In this document: positions 15,741 through 29,890 of the stretch, one piece after another | Layout: the number at the start of each line of letters is the position of its first letter | How positions within the stretch are numbered: position 1 is the stretch's first letter | From: the human T2T-CHM13v2.0 reference genome, Homo sapiens | Assembly: GCF_009914755.1 (NCBI RefSeq) | Contig: NC_060925.1 | Direction: 5' to 3' (one strand) | Length of the DNA: 64,000 nucleotides | Made by a program: the position numbers and the translations under genes | The notes under the pieces: generated by a model | Told to the model about the DNA's origin: nothing | Seen by the model: only the letters and a program-made list of their open reading frames with translations | Databases searched by the model: none

Positions 15741-18700
15741 TGAAAGAAGGAGAGGCATTTGGTTTGATTTACCCTAGTCCCCTAGAGATTATCCAAAAAG
15801 AAGAGAGTCCTTGACCTCAAGTCTGGATACTTCAGCTTGTCCTGGTCCCTTTCTGCCCTACCTCACTCCCCAATCTGACATCTAGGGGCCCTCCCCCAAC
15901 CCAACCCAGTGAGAACTGAATCTGCTCTTAGACAGGGATGTTGCAATTGTTCTAAAAGCATAGCCTCTAAGGGTCCTTAAAAGCTTGTCGAGGCCAGAGG
16001 AGAAAACTGGCCTCAGAGAAGACCCAGAGAGGGTGCAGGAGCTACACAAGATCACACAGCAAGCTATTAGCCAAGCTTGACTGGCTGCTCAGTCAACCAT
16101 CCCTCCCCGGCCCCAGTGAATCCAACTGGCTCTTTTTCACAGTTGTACTGGAATGGCAGCCCCCTTGGCCTCTGTGGGAGCAGCAAGTGGACGATACACC
16201 TCTTCTCCCTGTCCTGCCCACCAAGAGGACACTTGGAAGTTCTCGGGGAGCTCTAGATCCCTCTGTCTCCCCACTTCCCTCCTCCCTCCTCTCGTCACCT
16301 CCTTTCCTCTTGCCTTGCCTCTCTGGCCACCAAGCTCTGCAGGAGTGGCAAGCGTAGGAGCCTGGCACCAGGGAGGCTGCAGGTTGGAAATAAATTCTAA
16401 TCAAACACAGAATCATTCCATCTTCTCCCTCTGCTCCGAGGACAGCATTTTTGCCAGGTATTACTCATATGTGTGGAGAGAAATCTTCTGAGACTTCTCA
16501 GAGCCAGAGGGGAACTTGCAGGGTTGGGAGGATAAAAATCTCTTTTTCCCCCAGGCTGGTTCTTGCTTTTATTATCTTCTCTCTCTGCCTCTCATTACGG
16601 CAGGACTTTGAGGAGATAGATTTCATTTGGCCCTTCTCTCCTCATCTTAAAGGCACAGGAGCTTTAGGTGCTGACGGCTGGCAGGTGCCCAAAAGCAGGG
16701 GACAGCCAAGGGTCTAGAGAGTGGAGGAGGGGATGTCATGGGGGCCAGCCTTGAATGTCACAGGGGAAGGGATGGATTCTCATAACCATTCAGCACAGGA
16801 GCCACTAGCAAGAAAGCCACTAGGGAAGGGATGAGCTTTCCCAGAAGCAGGGATCAAAGGAGCTCAGGGCAACTATGTTATTCTTAAGGACCTTAATATC
16901 TCTCTATCCTTCATCACACAAACCCGCCTCAATCCAATCTCTATCCCCAAAATGGATCCAAAATTCAATCACCTCTCTCTCCTCATAGCCACCACATCCA
17001 TTCTAGTGTTCATCATCTCTTTAGACCACTGTAACGTGCCCCCCAAAATGTGGGCCCCCTTGATTCCAGCCTCTTCCACTCCCACAGTCCCTCATCCACC
17101 CAGCAGCACAAGTGAGCTTTCAAAAGCTTAAATCCTGCCACATCCCTGCCCTGCTTAGAACTCTCCCCACTGCAAGCAGAATCAGATCCAATGCCCCCCC
17201 ACCCCATGGCCGGTGAGGTGCAACCCCCTGTAGCTCCTGCTGCCTGGCCAGCTTCATCTCCTCTTCTCCCCCGCGTCTCCCACCTCTGTGCCCCAGCCAC
17301 CTGCCCTTCTTCCTGTCCCTGGAACTTGCCCAACTATAGCTTCCAGGCTCTTGTTGCAAATGCCACATCCTCCAAGGGGCTTTCCCCACCCACCCAGGCT
17401 AAAGCAACACCCCAACCCTGTCACTCTGGGCCACGTTGCCTACTGCGTCAGCACAGCTAACACAGTGCAACTAACTAAGCTGGTATAACGGCTCCCGAAA
17501 TACCCTTCCCAGGATGGTGCTGGGGTGGTGTGGGGAGCAAGAGACATCTTGCATGCGACTCGGAAGGTGGGAGTGAAGCAGCAGCAGCTATGTGTTTTGA
17601 ATATGCTCTGAAGGTCGGGGCAGGGTGCACCATTGTCACTGTCATGGCCCATCTTTTGACGAGGGGCAGCTCTTGGGACGGCAGGAGCTCCACTCCACAA
17701 GACCTCCCCCTTCCACCTCTCTAAGTCCTGGGCCAAGTGTGTGTGTGGCTCCACGGTGAAGGGTGCCAGCCCCTGTGGCAGCTCACCCCAGCGGCATCGA
17801 CGTTGGAGGTCACCAGAGACAGACACGGGTTCCAGTTTGTCCTCATGCTGGCTCCATCCAGCTGTCCCTCCTGAAGGCCAGTTGGCTGACCTACAGTGAC
17901 TCAGGCCTAACCCCAGGTGCAGAGACAGCGGCCTGCACAGACTGCCCATATGTTCCCACTGCTGAACAAGGTCTAACCCCTATAATAAAGCCCCAGTTCT
18001 TCACCATCAATAGCAGTGTGGCCTCTCCTGCTGAAGCCCAGTGGATTAGTCTCGGGTTAGCCCTCGCTGGTACCCAGCCTTCTTAGTACTGGCTCATGCC
18101 ATTTCTCACCACGTGACATGGGAAGAGCCTCGATGGCAAGGATCCTGTCTGTCTTTTCTCAGCAGCACCCCCAGAACGCAAAGCGGAATCCGCTACCCAG
18201 CAGGTGCCCAGGGCTGACTAGTATGATTAGCTGGCAGGATCTGGTGACAAAGAAGTCACTGGAGATAGAAAAAGATGACCAATCAACACATACTGTGTAC
18301 ATACCTAGTATATGGGCAGCATCAAAGAGACCCTTTCCTGCTGCCTCAAACTGCATCCTCCCCATAGCTGTCCCCAGCCCCAAGAGCACCGCCTCCTTCT
18401 CACTTCCCACCTCCTCCAAAGAATGGCCAAGGCCCCCACTTCCTTCTAATCCCTACATTCTGGTTTCTGCCTCCTGGTCACAGAGGAGGCCATGTTGAGG
18501 TCGCCAATGCCCAGTCAGCCCCCAGCCCTGGGTCTCCTCGGACTCTGCTGATCCCTGCCTTTTCTGAAGCTCTCTCCTCCCACCCAGTGCTCCTCCCATC
18601 TCTCAGAACGCACCTCCTCTGGCCTCCCCATCTTTAACTGCTTGTTCCCAGGGTTTCTCCCCCCAATCCCATCCTCTCTGCTTCTCTTCCTCTCACTTCT

Positions 18701-20393
18701 CCCTATATATTCCCCATTCCCCACCCTCAGCCCAGGCAATAACACCCACCCCCATCATTTGACCCATTGCCTACAAATTTAGAATCTCAGATCTATCTCC
18801 AGTCCCAACAACTCTCCTGATTCCCCCATTTCCAACAGCCTGAGAGAGTTGTGACATTCTGACACTTTTTAGACACAGAAGCATCAAGGTGGGTGTGCCC
18901 AATTGTAAGTTTATGCCTTTTATTATCAAGGACCACTTTCAACCCCATTGCTGAGCCTCAGCCTATTGCATCATGGGAGCAGACCCTCGGGAAGGGCAGG
19001 AGAGTGCCTGAGACCACTCGTCAGAGACTCTTCCAAAGCTCAGCACCAGTCACCCACAATACCCTGTTTCACATGCAGGGCTCAGCACGTGGTAAGACTT
19101 AACACAGGTTTGCTGAGTACATGCATGAATGAATTTGCGTATGAGGGATGAGGTCTCTCCAGAGGGATCTCACGGAAGGAGAACCAACTTTTTTGCAGAT
19201 TCAAAATCAAAGGAAGGAGGTTAGGGTACGTGGTGGGAGGCCAAAGCACTCTTGCTCTCCAGGCAAGGAACACAGAGGTCCAAGCAGTGGAAGACAAGGA
19301 TCCCCAGGGAAGAAAGTAAGGGAGAGCACCCAGCAATGGTGCCAGAGATCCCAGGGGACATTGGCATGGGAGAAATCTTGTAAGATTTCCTGCAGGGCCC
19401 TACATAATCAAGCCCAGGAGAGGACAATCAGATGCCAATCAGTCTTAGGCCACTCTATGGTGCTGCCACATCCCTGGAAACTGGTCACAGCCAGCCCAGT
19501 CTACAGCCCTAGAGAACCCAACCTGCTCCAAAAGCCCCCTGCATCCCCAGCCACCTGGATCTCTGCCTCTGCAGAAGGAGCATCTGCCCAGCATGTAAAG
19601 CTCCTGGGATGACTCTCACACTAACATGGTGCTTAACAGTTTGCAAAGACCCTTTACACATTGTCCAGTAACCCTCCCCACCGCCCTGCCAGGTAGGTAC
19701 AGTATTACTAGCTCAGAGGCTCGGAGATGGTAAGTGACTTGTCCGTGGGCATAAAGCTATCAAGAGGTTTGGTGAGATTTCAACCCAGGTCTGTCTGACT
19801 GGGATCTCACTTCTCCACTCCAGCATGCTGTCTTTTGAAGAAAGTTAAAGCCTAGACCTGGTTGAAATTCATAGTTAAAGGTGCGCATTATGTGTTCGAT
19901 AATGCAGTCAATGCACATAGTCAATGCTCAAAATACTTAAAAATTGCACACCAACAGTGCTGGGTAGTGCACAATGTTCAGAGTAGGTGGTTTCATTATG
20001 CACAGTAAATACACTTACTAGGTACATGGCAATGATGGTGCTGGGAGGTGGACTCACGCCAGGGACAAGGCTGAGGCTCTCAGGCCAGTTTTGCCAATGA
20101 CTGCACTTGATCATGGCCCCACCATGGGTCAAAGAAATCCCCCTGGTGATAATAATGGTGACAATGGGTCCCCCTCCAGCAGCCTCCTCTGAGGCTCCAA
20201 CTGGGTGTCAGGCCCCTCTTCTCTGCACCCACAGCACCCTGAACTTGCCCTGTTGCCTCAGTGTCTGTTTATCTGTCTGCCTCTCACATGAGAAAAGATT
20301 TTAAACCAGACAGTCTAGCTTTACAGTCTGATTATTTATCCACCATTATACTGTTTCACAATGGATGCACAGATAGAATGGATGGTTCGGTGG

Positions 20394-20734
20394 TGTCTCA
20401 GTTTGTTTTTGCTGCTATAACAGAACACCTGAGACTGGGTAATTTATGAAGAACAGAGATTTATTTCTTACAGTTCTAGAGTCTGGGAAGTCCAAGGTTT
20501 GAGAGGCTGGCATCTGGCAGGGGCCTTCTTGCTGCACCATCATCCCATGGCACAAGAGGGGGCCAAACTCACTTTTATTACAAACTCACTCCCTTGATAA
20601 TGGCATTAGTCCATTCATGAGGGCAGAACCCTTGTGACTTAATCACCTCTTAAAGGTCCCACCTCTCAATACTGTTGCATTTGGGATTAATTTTCCAACA
20701 CATGAGCTTTAGGGGACATATTCAAACCATAGCA
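20394..20734 (-). mobile_element. MST-type solo LTR
   Basis: tgtctcagtttg...ctgctataacagaacacctgagactgggtaattt...ttcaaaccatagca. Confidence 0.85.
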
Positions 20735-20891
20735 GATGGAGTAAGTGGATGGATAGATGGATAGATGGACAGATGGATGGATGGACAGATGGATAGATGG
20801 ACAGATGGATGGATGGATGGATGGATGGATGGATGGATGGATGGATAAGTGGGTGGATAAATGGATGGATGGATGGATGGATGGATGGATG
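20735..20891. repeat. (GGAT)n repeat
   Basis: Direct. Confidence 0.95.
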
Positions 20892-22156
20892 AAAAATAGG
20901 GGATGGAAAGGTAAGAGACAGTAAGCTCTTGACAATGATGGTTGGTATGGTAATTTAAACCCATATCCCAAGAAGGTTCAGGAAAAAAATTAAGTCAAGA
21001 TCTAACATAGACCCCTAGCCCAGAAACCACCATCCCAAAGGCCTAGAACTCATGAAACTCTCAGTAAAAATGTCTGAAAAGATCTATTGGTCTTTGCTCC
21101 TTAAAGGTGAAGACCATCCTCCAGCATCCTACTGTCCTTGCCGTGACACGTACACACTGCCCAGGATACAGTTGCACACGTTGGTCAGAACTAACAAAAT
21201 TCTCATCAGATGGGATGAGAAGTTATTGAACACCTACTGTGTGCTTGGCACAATTGTTTGCTGAGCAACTGGCTGGCTGGCTGGCTTTCTCTGGCAGGCT
21301 GCCAGCCTGGCCAGCTGACTGGCAGGGCCCATATCAGCTCACACAGCAGCTGGCATTTCCTTCACTGTAAATGCCCTTGTCTCACTGGATAGAGGGAGAG
21401 TGTGATGATGACAGGGCTGGTCAGAATGATTTAGTTTCATTTCTGATGTGCCCTGCCTGGGGAATTCTCATTGTCATCAGGTGGTGACAGTTTATGGCTA
21501 TGGGTATTTAAACAGCTTGGCTATTCGTTTCAATAGGCATCATATAAAATTATTAAACAGGCAGAGAAGAGATGGGAGGCATAGCCTGATCTGTTTGGAG
21601 AAAGATTACCTGGGAGCTGATCTTCCAGGTAAAGAAATATTGACACGGGTGTGTTTTCAGAGTGTCCCCGGTGTTAATTATGGAGGGGACACCCTGCAGT
21701 CACCCCCTTGTGTCCAAAAGGAAAGTGCTGCTGCGTTTATCTCCAGTTGTTTGGGGGAAAATAAAGTTTATTCTTTCACGATCATAAAAGTAAAACATCC
21801 CCATCGTAAAATATTTAGAGAATTCAGGGAAGTGGAAAAAAAGAAAGTAAAAAACATCCATTAACCCACATCCCAAAGAAAACATTCTCCTCCATCTTTT
21901 TATTTTTTCTTATTCAGGCTTGACATAGCTGAGATGACAATAACGACTAATAATAGTAACTAAACCTTAACAATATATGCGAGGCATTGTTTTAAGTGTT
22001 TTCCAAGTATTAACTCATTTAATTCTCCCAATGCTCTCTGAGGCAGGACTATTATTTTGTCTATTTTACAGATGAGGAAACTGAGGCACAGAGAGGTTAG
22101 CTTGCCTGAGTTCACAGCCAGTAAGTGGCAGAGTTGGGATTCAAATCATTCTATGA

Positions 22157-22669
<513 letters not shown>

Positions 22670-23149
22670 TGAATTTTCAGTATTCTGTACCATCAATAGC
22701 ATAGCGGTGAACAAATCTTCACAGAAGAAAACCATGGCCTCCTACAGTTTCCCCTCCCGAGAACATGCCCACCCCATCACCACCACATAAGGCTGGCCCC
22801 AGCTCCCTACTAGGCCTTGAAAGCAACAAGTCCTGGCCCCCTACTCTTCACTGGCCCCCAGACGGGATCGGAACTCTGAGGCAACTCCCACTGTGAACCA
22901 GATATCTCTCAAATGCATCCAGGCCTGCTCAGGCAAGACCATGTGGACATCGCCCCTGTCCCACCAGCCACCTGGCACTGCACCTCATTTCTTCCAGCCT
23001 CAGGTTCTTCCCTTTAAAATGAAAGCACCAACTGAAACCCTACCTACCTTAAATGGTGAGTTTTCTGTGAGGCTCAGATGACACCATTGCGTAAAAAAGG
23101 CTTTTGAAACTGGAAAAGAGCTCTATTTATGCTAGACTTTGTTATTATC

Positions 23150-23620
23150 ATAACATTAATTCACTAACATTCCCTGCTGCTGTGTGCCAGGCATTTGTGC
23201 AAATCCCTGGGGATATGGAGACCAAGGAGGAAGCTCCAGCACCTGCCCAAGAGGGAACATGGTCTGACAGAGGAGGCCCGATCAGCAATGACACATGGGC
23301 CTTGGACAGAAGGAAGCATCGGCACTGCAGGAGCCTAAGTGAGGGAGCTCATTCAGTTCAGGTGGAAGGGTGTCAGGGAAGGCTTCCTGGAGACGGTGAC
23401 ATCTCAGCTTAAACCTGGAGGATTTAGCTAAATGGAAAGGGTAAGAGGCTAAAAGAAGAGCATGTGCAAAAGTGCAGAGGCATAACAAGTATGGCACTCT
23501 GGAAACAACAGAGTGGCCAGGGCATTGAAGCGGGCTTATGGAGAAGTGGAGGAAGATGAGGCTTGCGGTGTAGACCACACGCCATCTGCTCTTTTACCTG
23601 CCAGTGATCCCCAGAACTGT
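23150..23620 (-). mobile_element. L2 fragment
   Basis: tgtgccaggcatttgtgc...gtcagggaaggcttcctggag...ggagaagtgg L2-like blocks. Confidence 0.55.
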
Positions 23621-24958
23621 TTAGAGAATGGGAAAGGTGCTGCACAACCCATCCCCAGAAAAACAGCATCCCCGGGCACACCTGTGGGTGACAGGGCAGC
23701 ATGGCCCACTGTAGAGCCTAAGGGTGGGGCAGCATAACGGGAAGGGGCCCACCGAGACAGTCAGGACCCTGCTTCATAGAGCAGGGCAGAGCAGTCATTA
23801 GAGACCTTCCCCTTCCTTCTGCGCCCCTGATATTAGAGGAAGGCTCCCCCTTCCTCTAATATCAACTCCACAGCAGCGCCTCCCCAAGGACTGCTCCAAA
23901 GGTCAGACTTGAGGATGGAGCCCCAGGAGGCTCAGGGAAAGAATCTGCTATTTATTGAGCACCTACTAGGTGCTGGGTAATAGGTCATTTTACCACCTTT
24001 CCAGCACTCCTCTGAGGCCTTGATTCGTGGCCCCATTTCACAGATGAGGGTCAGAGAAGTAAAGGAATCGTGCGCTGAGCATTCAGGTTAACGTAGCCAT
24101 CAGAGAGACCAGGCTGAATCACTGGTCTGCAGCTTCCCCGTTGGTGCCCTTGAACGAAATTACCGCTTCTCTAGACCTCAATGGGGTAACAACAGTGCTG
24201 CTGCTTCTGCGGGCTACTATGGGGCTTCACCGAGATGGGGACTCAGAGCATGACGCATGCGCATTCGGACCACGCAGCAGCTGCAACGATAGACCACGCC
24301 CACCTCTCCCATGTGCCCTGCAGAGTCCCACTTTCCTGAGGTCAAGACCAGGACTGAGTTAAATCTGAAATCTCTCCGCATTCATCCAGGGAGTCGACCA
24401 GTCCAGTCCGAGGCGCTAGTCACGTTGTTGTGCCGTCTTAACTCCCCAGTTTGGTCGCTTCAAAATGCTAATGCTTTCCACCTCAGCTAGGATTGCAGGG
24501 AAACCCAGGGCCCGCCCACCCCCCGCCCTCTGACCATCTCAGAAATGCCCAGACACACATCAGCTTCTCTCTGCCAGTGATAGGAACACAGCCAGGTTCC
24601 AGTGGACCAAAGAAACTCTCCAGGAGCTTTCCCAAGACCTCCTCCCGAAAGCAAGGGGAGACGGCCCTGCTGCATGACTCCAGTCAAGACCCTCAAACTT
24701 TCTGTGCCCCAGTTTCTTCACAACTCCAGGAGATTGGTGGTCCCACTGAAGTCCATGGAGGGTTTATTTATTTCCTTCTTGACAAATATTTATTTAGACA
24801 CTGTTCTAGAGAGAGTAGCAGACAAGGCATTGCCCTCAGGAAGCTTCTGGCCTTTTGTGCCTGTTTCCCTGCCTGTTAAATGGAGATTATAATAGTGCCT
24901 ACCTCATACAGTTGTTGTGAAGATTAAATAAATTAACATGTATAAGAGCTTAGTGCAG

Positions 24959-25272
<314 letters not shown>

Positions 25273-25555
25273 AGAGCTTAGTGCAGGGCCTGGCACTTCA
25301 TAAGTGCCCACAGAGACTTGGTAGTGGTGTAGTAGTAGCAATCCTCAGTGGGCTATAAGGACTGGATGAGATAACACACATAAAGAATTTAGGGTTGTAA
25401 CTGGCACACAGTACTCATGAAATATATGGCAGTGATTTCCTTAAATGCCGTTAGCTGTTACATCAGCCCATTTTAGAGAGAAGGGAACTGAGGAATGAGA
25501 ACTTAAGTGACTTGCCCTAAATCTCACTTTAAAGGCTCTTAAGCAGGCTCTAAAC

Positions 25556-25774
25556 TAGTATTTCCTAACCTCAGCACATTGCTGTTTGAGGCTGAATCAT
25601 TCTTTGCAGTGGGGCTGTCCTGTGCACTCTAGGATGTTTAGCAGTATCCCTGGCCTCCGCCCACCAGATGCCAGTAGCACTAGCCCTCTCCCCAGCATTT
25701 TGACAACCAAAAATGTCTCCAGACATTGCCAAAGTCCCCTGGGGGGCCAAATCAGCCCCAGCTGAGAAGCACTG
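25556..25774 (-). mobile_element. MER20 (hAT-Charlie non-autonomous DNA transposon)
   Basis: gacaaccaaaaatgtctccagacattgccaaa...gctgagaagcactg; perfect 8-bp hAT TSD CTCTAAAC at 25548-25555 and 25775-25782. Confidence 0.9.
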
Positions 25775-26339
25775 CTCTAAACTGACCTTTGAGCTCATAT
25801 ATGAAAAACCTCCTGATCTAGCCCTAACCTCCTTTCCCCCAGTCCCAACACCACCACAAATGCCTTGTTCCAACCAGCCCCTAAAGGACTGCCCTTTCTC
25901 AAGCAAACCCCAAACTTACCAACATCTGTCCCTCTGCTCAAGAGTGACCTTGCCACCCCATCCCCTTCTCCAAGGCCCCGCTGAAATCCCGCCCACTCAT
26001 TAAATGGTCTCCTCACCCCCCAGAACACGTTGTTTGTCTGTGCCCAGCCTTCATCATGATGGGCATTTCATTTTATATCGCATCTGATCGTGAGCATATT
26101 CATGCTTCCCTGTTCCCTGTCCCTCATACCCACCCCCAACTCCAGGGGAGGGGCTGTGCCTGACTCACCCCTGTGTCCCCGGCACCCTGCATGGGGCCAG
26201 GCACACAGGCCGGGTCATCACTCTGTGCAGATGGTTGTCATAGATGAGACTGGTGCCCAAGCAGCCTCTTGGATGCTGGTGAAGGACCCCCAGGTTAGAA
26301 GGCAATGTGGCATGGAATTTAGGAGTGGTTAAGAGTTCA

Positions 26340-26888
<549 letters not shown>

Positions 26889-27229
26889 TTAAATAATGGA
26901 AAAAAAATAGAATACCGATAGTGATAACTGCGCACTCATACAATGCCTTGGTTGCAGAGGTCATTCCCCCACATTACCTTGTGGGGTTTGATCAGCAGTT
27001 CTGGAAGCACCTAGGGCAGGAATCACCACCCCAGGGTCACAGATGAGACTGCTGAGGTTCCCAGAGGACCCAAGCAGGGCTGCAGGTGCCCTGGCTCCCA
27101 ACTCAGTCAGTGCTCTCTGGTTCCGGAAAAGAATTCTGGGTGAAAGCGGGAGGGGGTGGGAAGCTCCTTCCCCCCAGGTACCCCTGAGGTCTAACTCTGG
27201 AACTCCTTGGATAATGAGAAAAGGGGGGC

Positions 27230-27650
27230 TTCGGAACCCAGGACGTGGGTTCCACATCCTGCGGGGGCAGGGAGGCCGCGCGGGAGGCCGCCAGACGCAG
27301 TAAATAATTCACACAGATGAACTGGAGATAAGGGCGGCTTCGTGGAGGATCGAGTTCAGGTCGGAGGAGGCTCAGACGGCTGGGGGGACTTGTGGTCTCC
27401 CCGGTCTGAGAGGGGAAAATTCCTGGGACTCTGGCTGCCAGGAAAACACAGTCCCCAGGTGCCGGCTTGGTGCCACTCCCTGCCATTGGCGGGAGGGAGC
27501 TCCCCGGAACTGCCCCGCGGGGCAACAGGCCTGGCCAGCCGCCTCCGCCCAGCCGTCCCCATGGCAACCGGCTGGCCTGGTCCAGGGTTCACGGACAACC
27601 GGATCCTCTGTCTCCCCTCCCCCACGGGAGGCTGGGCGTCTTAGACTCCC
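27230..27650. promoter_or_regulatory. Orphan CpG-rich element with RFX X-box
   Basis: Local CpG retention outside repeats; GTCCCCATGGCAAC 27555-27568; TTGGCGGGA 27486-27494. Confidence 0.5.
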
Positions 27651-29199
27651 AACTGTGTTCTCTGGGAGCTTCCAGCTGCAGGAACCTACAGAATCATCCT
27701 GTCTGACCCCCTCGTTTTATGGGAGTAGTTGAGACCACGGACTCTGGGGACCTGCCCGTCCTGGTTGCAAGCCCCGCTCCACCATTTCCTGCTGTAGGAT
27801 CCTAGGCAGGGGACTTGGCCACCCTGTGCCTCGGTGTTCATTATCTGTAAAATGGGGATGATAATAAGTGACTGTCTTATAGGGTTGTGAAAATTGAATG
27901 GACTAAATGCAAAGAGGGCAGAGTGGTTACTGGTCTGTAGCCAGCACTGAGGAAGCATTATTTTCCATGTTGGGAAGGTGACGGTCACACAGCATGCTAT
28001 TAGCAGATTTGGGATTGGAATGCAGTTGCCAATTCTTCCTAAAACACCCAGGGTGGCCACATTGGGATTCTCCAAGGGTTACCTGTGCTTCCTGCGGGCC
28101 CACCCAACCCCCCTCTCTAACCTCTTGACAGTCACAGTCATTGAATTGTCTTTGACCAGGCAGTAAAATCCCTGAACCAGAAAAGGTCTTGCTCTAGCCA
28201 GCCCGGTCTCCCCAGTGCCAAGCACAAACCCGTTTCCTGCACCTCCACTTTCCACCCCATGCCTGGTAGAGGAGTTGTTGAATGAATATAGATTTAATTA
28301 ATTAATTAGTTCATCTCCTCTACCCAAACACCCTCCCAGAGCAAGCTCCTGAAGCCCCTGGCCACCCAGCTCTCTCTCTTACAGGACACCCCTTACGCTG
28401 ACCACTTCCTGCCATCAGCCCCCACCCCACCCCACTGCCATCACCATGCTGTTCACAGTTCCCATGGCACATTGCCTGGGTCCTCCTCCTCCCTTCAGCC
28501 TGCCCTCCCTCACTTCCCTCCCCGGTTAGTGACCCTTTGTCCTCAAAATGGCTGTTTTGGGGTCAAGGACCCTCCTCCAGGTCCAGAGGTGTACATTTCC
28601 CCTGGGTTAAGGAAAAACCCTCCAATGTGAGAGGCAACAAAGTAAACCGTCCTCATCCCCCATCCTGGGGGAGACAAATGGGGGCCTGGTACTGCCACGA
28701 TGGGTGTAGGGGTAATCCAGCGGCTTTCTGGGACTCTCCATCCCACTAGGGAGGTGGCAGGGGCTTTTGGACGCAGAATCTCTGCCCTTAGGGGCCACCC
28801 CACAAGCTCCAGCCCAGCTGCCAGGTTTCCTCGGATACGGCCCAGTCGCCTCTGATTTATTTTTGCATGTGGTTTGGGAGAATCTCTGTTGCTGGAATAA
28901 CGACAACCTTTTTTTTTCTCTCTCTCTTTTCCTTCCCTCCAATAGGCAGACTTTATAAACCAGAGCAGCTGCCTGAAGGTTTCCAAGAAAAAAATTCTGC
29001 ACAGTTTCTAACCAGGGTGACAGTTCCCCTCCACAGGAAGTTACTTTTATTAATTTTTTTATCTCTTCTTTTGTAAGACTATATACTGGTCATCAGGCAG
29101 CACCTGTGGGCATTTTCTTATTTCCCCCCACTGCTCCCATTTGCCTGGAATTCATTATTAAATCTAACTCATAGTGGCCTTGCCCAACACAGGGGCGAA

Positions 29200-29890
29200 G
29201 TTCAAACTACTGAAAAATGGGTCACTCAAATCGCCTGTGCAGAAGAATCCCAAATAATTTATGGAGATACTCCTCCCTCAAGGCGGTGAAACATAAATCC
29301 CTGTCCCTGAAGTGTGGGCTGTGCATAATGATTTCCTTCTATGGAGTATAGTATGGAAAGCAGGGGGAAAGAGTAATCTTGCAGGAGAGAAACCTGACAA
29401 GCACTAGCTCAGCCAGATGGCCAAGGTCAACATCAGCAGCGATCAGTCGTGTCTATAGCATGGACACTTGATATGATGTGATGGAAACAGCACATCACCC
29501 CCAAACCCATAACCACAGTTGAACCATGAGAAAAACAGCAGACAGACCCCACCTGAGGGACAGTCTACAAATTACCTGACCAACAGTCCATCAAAAGCAA
29601 GGAAAGTCTGAGAAACTACCACAGCCAAGAGCAGCCTAGGGAAATAAGATGGCTGCATACAATGTGAGAGACCCTGTGGAACAGAGAAAGGATGGTGGGT
29701 AAAAACTAATAAAATCCAAATAAACTACAGAGTTTAGTTAACAATAACATACCAGTGTTGTGGAAAATGTACCGCAGCAATGTCAGGTGTTAACAATAGG
29801 AGAAACTGGGTTGGGGTATATGGCAATTCTGTACTATCTGCAAAACTTTTCTGTAAGTCTAAAACTATTCTAAAAGTTTACATTTTAAAC
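29200..29890 (+). mobile_element. L1MC/L1MD-like 3' UTR fragment
   Basis: caaataatttatggagatactc...gagaaacctgacaa...caaggtcaacatca...aagtctaaaactattctaaaa. Confidence 0.65.
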
